From positions 14,288 to 78,287 of the forward strand of contig JAUCBJ010006764.1 in the NCBI GenBank assembly GCA_032718475.1: a stretch of 64,000 nucleotides of DNA, in the 5' to 3' direction. Under the pieces are notes generated by a model. The model saw nothing but the letters and a program-made list of their open reading frames with translations, was not told the DNA's origin and searched no databases. The position numbers and the translations under genes were made by a program. Shown piece after piece: positions 25,370-38,473 of this stretch. The DNA comes from Nemertoderma westbladi (lineage: Eukaryota > Animalia > Xenacoelomorpha). The stretch's first letter is position 1. Each line of letters begins with the position of its first letter.

Positions 25370-28200
25370 TTAACGGACACCGTTATGGTTACCGGGGTGG
25401 AGCGTGGGGATTCTACGCAACCACATTGCAGAGTTCCCGCACCACAAGGAGACAGAGCACCGTTGGAAGAGGTGGCGAATGGCTTCTCCTGTAGGAATTC
25501 CTCGTCTGAGACCTTGCAGTCTGGCAATCTCACCGATGGTGGAGGATGAGTGCGAGTGGGAATCCCATCCCCTTAGAGCTTCAACCACAAGTGGGGTGAA
25601 GCCTGTTCCGGATTTCCTGCACTCAACCAAGTGAGCAGCAAGCTTGCGGTCTCTGGCGATGGATTGGGCGTGGCCTGCATCAGCAGCAGCACCATCTACA
25701 GTTCGGGCCTGCAGGGAGGAAATCATTGTGACATCTAGGGCCATTGGGCGACCATGATGCCAATTCGGTAGGAAAATGTCGGCAGGGCGGCTGCGGGAAC
25801 CTGGAATGAGGCCTGGCACTTCACTCCGGGGCGCTAAGGCTGCTGATTGAGCAGCTAAGAATACAGCATTCCGGAGTGAGTCGTGGCGGGCTATCCGGTC
25901 CCCCTCACCACTGCAACCAATATGGTGATCTCCATAGGGGTCTGCGGGCGAGCCGCAAATGGGGCAAGGGGATGCAGTAGAGCTCATACGCACGCCAAGC
26001 CAGTAGCCATGTGGGAACGGTCGATGCAATTAAAGGAATTACTGAAATCCACAAGGAGGAACCACTTGCTGTCTGCAGGGATGGAGGAGTCCTCCAAAGG
26101 GGAGGAGACGGCCCTAACTATGGCTTTGCAGCCATTTGGTGTGGCTACCCGACCTGAATGGGAGAGAGAAGTGTGGAAGCAGCAAGGCACTTGGATAACA
26201 ATCTTCTCATGGTTTCACCCATGGCGATTGGGTGCAGCCCGCCCCCCTTTTTCAAGCACGGGAACAAGGAGGGCCCACTGAGAAAGGGGAGAACTGATGG
26301 GAGAACTTGACCAGAAGCCATACAGTTTGCTGCACTGCAAAGGGCAGAAAGCGCTCTGTTGGCTTTAGAAGGGGATGATGGGGTGGAGATGACCTCGTTC
26401 AGGTGGGCGGAATTGGGATGGACCAGGCGAGGAGCCAGGAGGGAATGACTTGATGGCCTTAGCGATGCCTGCGGTAGATATTGGAGCTGGAGGTGGAACA
26501 GGGCCAATGGGGGGAGAAGGGGGTTGGGCGTGGGTGCTTTGAAAGCATGTCGAGGAAAGTTTCCTGGGAAATCTCGGCCAAGCCTTCGGATAGGAGTGCC
26601 TGAGCAGCCTTGCTGTACTGCCTGTCAGCCATGGCGCGACGGGCCCTAAAAGTGTTGGATTCCCGGGTTGACACTGTGGAGTTTTTGTTGGGCCTTTTTG
26701 GATTCCTTGCTGTGGAGCGGTTCGGGTAGGTATCTTCCCATAAGGCAAGTATGTCTCCGCTGAGCCATTTACGAAGGCGAGATTTCACTGTTTTCTCAGT
26801 GTCCTTCCAGTGGGTGCGACCTGCCCTTTTGGGGTTTGTCAAAATACAAGGAGCCAGAAGGAAAACAAGAACCCAGGGGTCGGGATTGAGAGGATCGCGC
26901 GAGATGGATGAAAAACATTGCCAACTGCCTCAGCCCAGAGATCTCGGCATGACTTGGGAATGTGGCGGAGAGTTGGTATTTTTGCAACCAGGATGCATTC
27001 AATGGATGTTAGGGAAATGTGGACTGTAGGGAGTGCATTCGTGGTAGATGGACCAATGGGAGTGCGGGATCAATAATGATGCGGTTTTCAGGTTGAGAAA
27101 CCAGTCCAATGTGATCAGGTGACCGGATTGTGGCCTCAATGAGTCGGGCCTTTGATGTAGCTTTGTTCCCTGCCAATGGGAGGCCAAGGCCGTTGAGGTG
27201 GAGCTTGAGGTCACAGACCCTCAGGCTGTCCTGTCTATCCGAGAGGCTCTAACATCTTGATTTTGGAGGGGAAGTTCTTGAGGTGTGGAAGGGTCGTGGG
27301 ATGATTGTGTGAAGGACATATGGTTTGATGTGGTGGGTGAGATGGGGGGAATATTGTTAATAGTAGGATCAGTGTGGGGTGATAGGAGGGTGAGGGTTGG
27401 GAGGGAATAGAGGTCTGGAGTTTGTGCTGAATGGATGGCTGGATGGATGTTGTTGAGTCAGGGGTATGCATGATGGTGGCCCTGGGTAAGGGATCGGGGG
27501 TTGAGATTAGGATGTCGGTAGGTATATGGTCACGGTGGTGTGTGTTCAGTGCAGAACCAGATCTGACCAGACTAGCTCCCATAGAAACCTCCAGATATGT
27601 TAGAGAGCGAAAAGAACTGATAGAGCAGTGATTAATATCTACCAAGACTGACGTTTGGCAGCCCTCCAGGCACCATTTCGCAAGCCTGCATATGTATACC
27701 CCACATTGGTGCGTGTTAAACTGGACACGCTTGATCGATGGACACACTTTGATTGGAGGGAGAGACAACTTCGATTCTTTTGCCATTAGGAGAGCCCATT
27801 CCTTGATGGAGTCAATAGCCTTAGGGTTTGTGCCTCCATACGAGTCAAAATACCAGATTTTGGATTTTAATGGAGAGAAAACTGCTAATGTCCAATGGCA
27901 ATTATTGATGTTGATAGGGAAGAAGATGAACTCGTTTTCAAGCACGGGGACTGAAATTCCTCTACTGAGCTGTTTTCTGCACTTAAAACCCCCAGACTGG
28001 AATATTTCCAGGAAGTGAGAGTTGAAAATTCTAGCAGGGCCTTCATGAAGGAGACAGAAAGAGTGGATTACAGCTTCTATGACATTGTCGGTAAGCCAGT
28101 TATCATGGTTTAAGGACTCAAAGTCATGGAAAGAAAGGGGTAATAGTACACTATCTGTGAGACTAATATAGTGGATATCCATGATAGGGGAGGATAATTA
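25370..28200 (-). mobile_element. CRE-clade RLE non-LTR retrotransposon with an N-terminal Ulp1 protease; internally deleted
   Basis: RT motifs SFPPGSSPGPS, KKGGGLHPIAMGETMRRL, QVGVATPNGC and VDFSNSFNCIDR. After a deletion come the CCHC finger CPICG...GDHHIGC, RHD, RPADI, ALDVT and FTPLVVE...GW (restriction-like endonuclease). Confidence 0.85.
27235..28182 (-). CDS. Ulp1/SENP-like cysteine protease (peptidase C48) domain with a Pro-rich linker; start of the retroelement ORF
   Basis: Motifs WLTDNVI, FFPININNCHWTL (catalytic His), YFDS (Asp) and QFNTHQCGVY (oxyanion Gln and catalytic Cys). Confidence 0.85.
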   Translation of the reverse strand: MDIHYISLTDSVLLPLSFHDFESLNHDNWLTDNVIEAVIHSFCLLHEGPARIFNSHFLEIFQSGGFKCRKQLSRGISVPVLENEFIFFPININNCHWTLAVFSPLKSKIWYFDSYGGTNPKAIDSIKEWALLMAKESKLSLPPIKVCPSIKRVQFNTHQCGVYICRLAKWCLEGCQTSVLVDINHCSISSFRSLTYLEVSMGASLVRSGSALNTHHRDHIPTDILISTPDPLPRATIMHTPDSTTSIQPSIQHKLQTSIPSQPSPSYHPTLILLLTIFPPSHPPHQTICPSHNHPTTLPHLKNFPSKIKMLEPLG

Positions 28201-28972
28201 AGCACCATTGAATCTTGTTTTATCAGAAAGTTGTAGAAAATTCACAGACATCTAATCCTCAATTTCATTGTCAGTACTAGTCAGTTTCCCCTCAAATTGC
28301 GAGCAAATATAGAGATAATTGGATCGATGTTCTACTCTCGAATTAGTAATGAAACTCCACGTTTTGGTTTAACAGACCCTCGAATACCAGTTTTCCGCTG
28401 ATGGGGCCACGTTGCTAAGCGCAGGCTAGTGTACCAATTAACCACATAAAATATTGTAATATTTATATATCAATTTAAGCTATTAATTGCAGACTACATT
28501 ACAACTACCACTAGCTAACATTTTTTTTCTTCACAAAATTTTTCAAAACGAAATTACGAGGAGAAATGAAACAAATACATTGAGAAAAAAAAACATTGAA
28601 TAGTAATACAAAATGTATGCCATACACATTCCTATATAATTGAAGCAATTATTACTAGCATCCCTGTTTGACCTCACCATCCAATAATCTCCATTGCGAA
28701 GAATTCATTTAACTTTGGTTAAATGACTATTATAATATATTTGTTTTAATGATTGATATCTTGCTAATTATGTGAATAAAATAATTACCTCAATAGAACA
28801 ATCTATCCATCTTGATATTGACTAAGACAAGGTTAACCTCGAAGCTTGCCAGCTCGTCAATATATTTATCATATGATATATAATTATAATTAATCATATG
28901 TACATCTATATTAATGTAGTTTCCGTATAATCGGTAGTAGCGCCCGAATCACGGATATACCTGGGGCCATGG

Positions 28973-30300
28973 TATGGTAGCCCTGAAGGGACATACTCGA
29001 TTTTGTTTCATTCCCATGAAAAAATTGAAAAAAAAAGATTTTAGAATTTCTTGTTTTTTTTCAATTTTTAGTTTATTTCTCAAAATAAAAAATAAAGAAA
29101 AAACAAGATTTTAGAATTTCTTGTTTTTTTCTATTTTTATTTTATTTCTCAAAAAAAATAATAATAAAAAAACAGATTTTAGAATTTCTTGTTTTTTTCA
29201 ATTTTTTTTTTATTTCTCAGAAAAAAAAGAATAAAAAAATAATCTTTTTAGAATTTCTTGTTTTTTCTATTTTTTTTTATTTCTCAGAAAAAAAATAATA
29301 AAAAAACAAGATTTTATAAATTCTTGTTTTTTATATTTTTAATTTATTTCTCAAAAAAAAATAAAAAATAAAAAAACAAGAAATTGGACAGTACTGCTAT
29401 TATGGTGCGAAATTTGAAATTAATTATACAATATTCTTGTTGGTGTACATACGGTGTAGGCCTACAGGCGGCGTAGGCTTACATAGAATGTCTTCCATTT
29501 ACGAATTAATTTCAGCTTATTTTTATTTATAAGTTTACATCAATGGAAACAGTGTTGATGATGAAAACTGTGAACAATATAGATATTTTAGAAAAGAACT
29601 AAAAACGTCAAAAAGCCAAACTAGATTTAAAGAATTGAATGGGAGAATCTTTTAGGCTCGTTAAGCCAAGGAATGCCTGTTCACCACCATGGGTGATCTT
29701 CCACAGTAAACCCTTCCACTCTGTTTCCCAAGTTGCCTTGGTTTCTATTTATCGACCACTGAAGGATGAAAGCCGGGGTTGGGCTAGGCTGCAGCATTTA
29801 AAGCACTGTGCCCAAACAGTGCTGCCCCATCTAGGGACCGAACCCGGACTCCCTAATCGGAATCACAGTAATGTCACCACTAGACCAAGCTGCTGCTTTT
29901 AAAGAATTGATTAAATAATTGAAAGATTTAAAGAATTGAAAATATGAAACCTCTATACAGAAGATAATATCTACAATGGAGTTGGAACTATTACGAATTA
30001 ACTGTGGTTACCGCATGGTTCATCAACGGATTTGGAACCGTCATCTGATGAATGTTAATGTTCCAAAGGAGACAGTACGAATACTCGTAAAGTACCTAGA
30101 CCCAGCTGGTGTAAATTCCAGACTACGTAAGACTCTCGATCAAATGGATCTAAAGGTCCCAATTACTGTCAACACATTGACAGCTAGATAAACTTAAACC
30201 ATATAGGTTCCCCATTCACACGGTCATAGATGGATCTCAAGGGAAGTGCTGTAAATGCTAAGAATTTAATATATTTTAACAACGGGGAAAGTAAATTCAT
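28973..30300 (+). mobile_element. Remnant of a DDE-integrase DNA transposon, probably IS3EU-like
   Basis: TAY-type terminus TATGGTAGCCCTGAAGGGACAT followed by subterminal tandem repeats. Coding remnant GYRM...ETVRILVKYLDPAGV..R / GPNY..HID..DKLKPY.FPIH..IDG at 29976-30240. Right end not found. Confidence 0.5.
29015..29385. repeat. ~62-bp A/T-rich tandem repeat, about 6 copies, each with an internal inverted repeat
   Basis: Repeated AAAAAACAAGATTTTAGAATTTCTTGTTTTTT...TTTATTTCTCAAAA. Confidence 0.85.
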
Positions 30301-31379
30301 TGCAACCCCATTGCTTGCTTTTTTCCCGGGAGAAAAGGGGCTTTAGTTTATCCTGATTTTGGGGTGTAATGAGGTTCCCAAAATTAATTTTATTATCGAC
30401 TGTACAAGTTTGCCACCAAGAGTGTTTATTTCCTTCCAGATGCTTAGGAGGTCCGATAGGCTTATCTCTGCTTTTATCACTTTGTAATCGTTTATCATTG
30501 CTACTGGTAAGAGGACAAGGTTTTCGTGTTTTTTTCCATCTGTATTGCTGAGTAGGTTCCTCTAATCAAGTGATTGAGTTTCTGGCTTCGCCGGTTTATT
30601 TTAGCTTCTGGGGTTTCAGTTGCAATTTCAAAATCGGAACCGCTATTATGGTCTGCCCCAGACATCAGACCTATGATTGTTGACTGGGTGCTGCTGGTAC
30701 CAAAATACAGGAATACAGTGTGTACTAAATAATATTATTTGTTACACCTTGAGTAGTATACACAACAAATTAACAGTACAGTAGTAGTTATATAATTTCA
30801 AATTTCGCGCCATAATACTAGGGGTCATATACTTTTTTCATGCAATACATCAATTTATTTCGTAAAAACAAAATTGCCGTTTCACCTCCACTTAGTTGAA
30901 TTTTAGTACCTGTAGAATTTTAAATTTGAGTATATTTTAGAATTTTAGTACCAGTGTTAATGATATTTACAGTATAACTGTTAGTAAAAGCTTATTCCAC
31001 AAATGCGCAATGGTTTTGGAATGGTTCTATTTAGAAGTATTTAAGAAGCATTATTTTCGGCGGAACAAAGTACCCGGCCGTCAGTACTACTACTGTATAT
31101 GAACAACATACTGTAGAATGAATCTTACACTCTGCTTTTGTTAGGTTAATAAAGGTGAAAATACGCAAAAGCGCAACGGCCCAGCATAATAATGGCGCAA
31201 AGTGTTATATAACCATAATAGTCAGCAGCATTGGAGCAACAGCCAAATATTGGTTTATTGTATTTTCCGTTGCGTTCTGTAATATTCCATTTCTGTAGTG
31301 CCGATGCCGCAATCGCAATATCCAGAACTGGATAGTGTAATATTTACAATAAACACGAAATGTTTGTATTTATGTAATA

Positions 31380-34300
31380 TAATAATGTTTATACATACAG
31401 TAATGTACATAATGTTTATACTGTACAAACAGTAATGTACATAATGTTTATACTGTACATACAGTAATGTACATAATGTTTATACTGTACATACAGTAAT
31501 GTACATAATGTTTATACTGTTTATACTGTACATACAGTAATGTACATAATGTTTATACTGTACATACAGTAATGTACATAATGTTTCTACTGTACATACA
31601 GTAATGTACATAATGTTTATACTGTACATACAGTAATGTACATAATGTTTATACTGTACATACAGTAATGTACATAATGTTTATACTGTACATACAGTAA
31701 TGTACATAATGTTTATACTGTACATACAGTAATGTACATAATGTTTATACTGTACATACAGTAATGTACATAATGTTTATACTGTACATACAGTAATGTA
31801 CATAATGTTTATACTGTACATACGGTACTGTAATGTACATAATGTTTATACTGTACCTACAGTAATGTACATAATGTTTATACTGTACATACAGTAATGT
31901 ACATAATGTTTATACTGTACATACAGTAATGTACATAATGTTTATACTGTACATACAGTAATGTACATAATGTTTATACTGTACATACAGTAATGTACAT
32001 AATGTTTATACTGTACATACAGTAATGTACATAATGTTTATACTGTACATACAGTAATGTACATAATGTTTATACTGTACATACAGTAATGTACATAATG
32101 TTTATACTGTACATACAGTAATGTACATAATGTTTATACTATACATACAGTAATGTACATAATGTTTATACTGTACATACAGTAATGTACATAATGTTTA
32201 TACTGTACATACAGTAATGTACATAATGTTTATACTGTACATACAGTAATGTACATAATGTTTATACTGTACATACAGTAATGTACATAATGTTTATACT
32301 GTACATACAGTAATGTACATAATGTTTATACTGTACATACAGTAATGTACATAATGTTTATACTGTACATACAGTAATGTACATAATGTTTATACTGTAC
32401 ATACAGTAATGTACATAATGTTTATACATACTGTAATGTACATAATGTTTATACTGTACATACAGTAATGTACATAATGTTTATACTGTACATACAGTAA
32501 TGTACATAATGTTTATACATACTGTAATTTACATAATGTTTATACTGTACATACAGTAATGTACATAATGTTTATACTGTTTATACTGTACATACAGTAA
32601 TGTACATAATGTTTATACTGTACATACAGTAATGTACATAATGTTTCTACTGTACATACAGTAATGTACATAATGTTTATACTGTACATACAGTAATGTA
32701 CATAATGTTTATACTGTACATACAGTAATGTACATAATGTTTATACTGTACATACAGTAATGTACATAATGTTTATACTGTACATACAGTAATGTACATA
32801 ATGTTTATACTGTACATACAGTAATGTACATAATGTTTATACTGTACATACGGTACTGTAATGTACATAATGTTTATACTGTACCTACAGTAATGTACAT
32901 AATGTTTATACTGTACATACAGTAATGTACATAATGTTTATACTGTACATACAGTAATGTACATAATGTTTATACTGTACCTACAGTAATGTACATAATG
33001 TTTATACTGTACATACAGTAATGTACATAATGTTTATACTGTACATACAGTAATGTACATAATGTTTATACTGTACATACGGTACTGTAATGTACATAAT
33101 GTTTATACTGTACCTACAGTAATGTACATAATGTTTATACTGTACATACAGTAATGTACATAATGTTTATACTGTACATACAGTAATGTACATAATGTTT
33201 ATACTGTACATACAGTAATGTACATAATGTTTATACTGTACATACAGTAATGTACATAATGTTTATACTGTACATACAGTAATGTACATAATGTTTATAC
33301 TGTACATACAGTAATGTACATAATGTTTATACTGTACATACAGTAATGTACATAATGTTTATACTGTACATACAGTAATGTACATAATGTTTATACATAC
33401 TGTAATGTACATAATGTTTATACTGTACATACAGTAATGTACATAATGTTTATACTGTACATACAGTAATGTACATAATGTTTATACATACTGTAATTTA
33501 CATAATGTTTATACTGTACATACAGTAATGTACATAATGTTTATACTGTTTATACTGTACATACAGTAATGTACATAATGTTTATACTGTACATACAGTA
33601 ATGTACATAATGTTTCTACTGTACATACAGTAATGTACATAATGTTTATACTGTACATACAGTAATGTACATAATGTTTATACTGTACATACAGTAATGT
33701 ACATAATGTTTATACTGTACATACAGTAATGTACATAATGTTTATACTGTACATACAGTAATGTACATAATGTTTATACTGTACATACAGTAATGTACAT
33801 AATGTTTATACTGTACATACGGTACTGTAATGTACATAATGTTTATACTGTACCTACAGTAATGTACATAATGTTTATACTGTACATACAGTAATGTACA
33901 TAATGTTTATACTGTACATACAGTAATGTACATAATGTTTATACTGTACCTACAGTAATGTACATAATGTTTATACTGTACATACAGTAATGTACATAAT
34001 GTTTATACTGTACATACAGTAATGTACATAATGTTTATACTGTACATACGGTACTGTAATGTACATAATGTTTATACTGTACCTACAGTAATGTACATAA
34101 TGTTTATACTGTACATACAGTAATGTACATAATGTTTATACTGTACATACAGTAATGTACATAATGTTTATACTGTACATACAGTAATGTACATAATGTT
34201 TATACTGTACATACAGTAATGTACATAATGTTTATACTGTACATACAGTAATGTACATAATGTTTATACTGTACATACAGTAATGTACATAATGTTTATA

Positions 34301-34482
34301 CATACTGTAATGTACATAATGTTTATACTGTACATACAGTAATGTACATAATGTTTATACTGTACATACAGTAATGTACATAATGTTTATACTGTACATA
34401 CAGTAATGTACATAATGTTTATACTGTACCTACAGTAATGTACATAATGTTTATACTGTACATACAGTAATGTACATAATTA
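31380..34482. repeat. 32-bp satellite, roughly 95-100 copies
   Basis: Unit ATGTACATAATGTTTATACTGTACATACAGTA; period checked at 31861/31893. Contains the inverted repeat TACTGTA-CA-TACAGTA. Confidence 0.97.
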
Positions 34483-37400
34483 TTTACATTACAATACAAG
34501 TTGATATAATCAGTCAGTAAACTAAGTGTTTGTCTGGTGTACACGAATTATTTTTTTCACATTGGCGTTTCCGTGTAATGTTTGTATACCTACCTATAAC
34601 GATGTGTAATAATGTATGCATATATATAATGTTTATACGCGTCAATTATATTTTATATATATAATGTTTGTATTGAACACATGTTTCTATATATACGATG
34701 TTTTTAATCTTTGGTTCCATTTGCTATAGAGTTGGATCATCCTAAGTCCTGTTTAAATTACTTAAAAGTACACACGTACATAATACTTTTATACACAAGT
34801 CATATGTGTTCATATGTAATGTTTGTACTAAACACAAGTAATGTTTGTACACACGTTAGCCATACAAACTTAAATCAACAAAATCTATTTGAGGCCTTGA
34901 AAATTATGTAAACCTGGCTCGTTAACTCAAATTTCCTGGAAAGAAAACACTGCAACACAATGTGGACCCCCTCTGGGCAATTTCCGTTTCAAGCTAAAAT
35001 CATCAAATAATACTTCCAGTAAATTAATTTTAGGCCAACCCTATTACGAGTAGGGCCTATCCTATAATTATATTTCAGTCGTACCAGTATAGCAGGACTA
35101 CAGTTACAGTAGTCGTTTGATATCAATTTGTTTGCATTTAATAGTTTATGGGGATAGATAGGCCTATAGGGAAAAAAAAAACATTTTAATTAAACAACAG
35201 GATAATAAATTATAATTTGAAGATTTTGTTAAATAAAATTATATCATAAATTAAGAAGGAAAAAAGCACCGAAATACATTTTCTTACAATAATAGGATAC
35301 TAAAATGATTAAAGAAATGTAAACTTCCTTCCTTTTTGTTACTTTACAATGACGAGTAGTGTGCTATTCAAGTTTAATAGCAAATATTTGCCATCATCGT
35401 ACAGGCTGAGATTGCGTGACACAGAACGGCAGAAGAGTAATTAAACTTCACATCACACTCTCAATCCACTCAAAGTCCTGATCCTGAACCACTGATCGAG
35501 TTAGTTCGTAAGTCTTCCAGTGCATGGGAGGTGTGATGTTCCATCATTTCACAATCACTGAGACAATAGCAAAATCAAGTAGTTGGGGAACATAAAGTAG
35601 ATACTGGTAGTTCCTAACAGTAGGTGTGCATCAACCAACTGACAATCATCTTGAAATAAGTTGAGTATCTCCTTATTATAGGTGTAACTTTTCTGTGCAG
35701 CGGTAGTCCTGTTCCTATGACAGTCCTTCATGGGCTCTTACTACTAAGTCACCGTATCCCTGATGGTTTACATACCAGAAGGATTGATTGATACACATAA
35801 TGTTGCATGTTATGCTGCAAATATAAGCGACGATCAAAGTAATGCTCTATAATGGGCAAATGCCCTCTCTAGCTAGCCCCATTCTCAGTGTATAAAGCTC
35901 TGATCTACGAGTGATCTGTTCGCACCACCAACACAAACGCACAAACGTTTTACGCGGACAACGTAGCGCTGTACTCTGATACTTACAACTGCGATTCGCT
36001 GGCCTACATTCTTTATAAACACAATTTAACAAAATGAAATATAGAAAATTTAAAATACCTATATTTTTATATACAAAATTTAAATTAGTAGTATTTCTAT
36101 TTATATTGCTAATAGTAATTGCTTAATAATGTTTCAATTTCATTGCAGCAATTACAGACGGTAGCGTAAGCCGAAGTAGTATACAGTAGTATAAGTAGTC
36201 TAGCCTATGTAACAAATGCAGAAATGTACAGTATCTTAATAAAGAGATACCGGTGCGGTACGGCAGTACGGGGCTGAATAGTGAAGTCATAGCTGAGTAG
36301 GCAGTAGGCCTACCCTACATACATACCTTGTTATAATAACGAACGTGTATTTAGACTGGGTAGTTCTTGTCAAGAGTAGAGCCATTCAAAAACACTTGGT
36401 GTGTGTACAGTATGTGTGTATAACCATCCAATATCTCAAAAACTCAAAAACTCAAGCAGGTACGCAAAAATTTTTAAGGCGACTATTTATCAATTAGTTG
36501 TTGAATAAAAAAGTTGGGAACAATTCGATGTGCGATATTCGAAATATTAGCATATAATCAACATTATGGAACGCGAAATTAAATACCGACAACTACACTT
36601 TGTCAGCTGAACAACATTTAATGCTTAACAACACTTAATGGCAATTTCAATTACGTACATTAATTATATTATTATTGTTCTATCTCTATTCAGTCAGTTA
36701 GTGTTATGTCAAGCAGTACATCATTTATATATCGTATGTATATATCGTATTCCTTTATTGGCATCGTTATAATACTGTCATCAACTCAGGCTAAGCTCAA
36801 TTATAATGTAATGGCTTAGTAGGTTTTGTATATCTGGGACGTTTACAACAGCTGTCAATTAAACTAACAAAACCAGAAACCGGTGTTCGGACACTTCCCC
36901 CCCCCCCCCCGGACACTTCCCCCCCCGGACAGTTCCCCCCGCTCAAGTAGGACACTTCCCCCCCGGACACTTCCCCCCCGCGGACACTTCCCCCTGTTCT
37001 TAACTTCGCACATTCGTATTTTTCATTTTGTAAGGTAAACGGACCGCTTGTATCCAGATAAGTTGTATCCAATTTTCCTTTCGTAGCTCAGAAAGTGATC
37101 TTTTGCATCCCGATTTTACATTTTATATCCAAGTTTTATTTATGGGTTTTATCAATGCAATTACATCGTATTGTTTGCTAATATTTAAACAATTAATTAT
37201 ATTAGATGACCTATAAATTCCATCCCCGGAATGAAATACTGTTTTTATTAACTATAGAATTATAGTAATTAATTGTTTTAATTATAGGTATTATTATGTA
37301 ATAGTCTTCTTCAAATTGTACCAGAATATTATTGACCCAGAATATTATTGTTGCAATCAAAATTATACCTCTCCAGGGTAAAATCGACATGCGTCGACCT

Positions 37401-37685
37401 GTATTCTGTGTTCAGCATTACATATTGATATACATATTACTACTATACATACTATATAGATATTATACACACTACATATTACATTTCCTGGTTACTTGCA
37501 ATATTTTTAATAGGATTTTGTTGAATTATATACTGTAATATTGTAGTAATTTATATATTAAATTGGTTAACATTCAATACAGCTCCTACTTTAGGCTTAG
37601 TCAAATTATTATCTGATGATACAAACATGAATTAATTATTTCAAAATAGTCTTAAGTCTTTCACCACGGGCACTCAGGGAAATGC

Positions 37686-37848
37686 CGGGGTCTGGGGGCG
37701 ATAACCTCCAAGAAAAGAAGCGGGGGTTTGGGGGCGGCAGCCCCCAAGAAAAGAAGCGGGGGTCTGGGGGCGATAACCCCCAAGAAAAGAAGCGGGGGTT
37801 TGGGGGTGGCAGCCCCCAAGAAAAGAAGCGGGGGTTTGGGGGCGGTAG
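37686..37848. repeat. ~36-bp GC-rich minisatellite (continues at 51392-51438); target site of the BEL element
   Basis: Repeated GGGGTTTGGGGGCGGCAGCCCCCAAGAAAAGAAGCG. Confidence 0.9.
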
Positions 37849-38376
37849 TGTTAGCTTATTCAATCCCGCTAACACCCCATAAAGTTAAGCCGATAAGCAA
37901 TATTGGGAGCCACGAGATTGGGTAATTAACCAACTCGTGCCACCCCAATAAGAATGGGAAGGAAACACACAATGAGGGTCAGGGGCCAAACCCCTAACCC
38001 AGAGAGAACAGGTGGAGTGAACGGGAACACTCCAAAGGGCGCCAACAAGGGTATCAACCAATCAGAGGGGGGAAAGGCATCGATTAGGTAGAGTAACAAG
38101 GCCAACCGTGCAATATAGCCACTTGGCAGTAATCATATCAGTTCAGTTATCTCAGTGCAATATTGGTGCTAGTTTAGGTTAGATAGTTTAGCTAGGGAAG
38201 GACCGGGACTTTAGTTACCGTATCCCGCCTTCCGTGTACAACAACCTATATCTATATCTTTATCTTTATACCGATCATTATACAACGAACGACACGAACC
38301 CATTTACTCTTCACACACGGCGGGGACGCGTGAACTAACACCGGATAAACCGGGATCCCTCCTGGATCCCGTCACA
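37849..38376 (+). repeat. 5' LTR of the BEL element
   Basis: Begins TGTTAGC and ends GTCACA; near-identical to 50864-51391. Confidence 0.96.
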
Positions 38377-38473
38377 GTAACTAAATCAGTGCTGCTGCCT
38401 TAGCTAAACTCAGTAACTAAAACCAACTGCTGCCCTAACTAGCTAAACCACCAGACACCGATCGCCAAGCGAG

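Noticed and set aside
37636-37925. Repetitive peptide ORFs (PPPNPRFFSWGL / QEKKRGFGGGSP)
   Set aside because: Translations of a minisatellite whose period is a multiple of 3.
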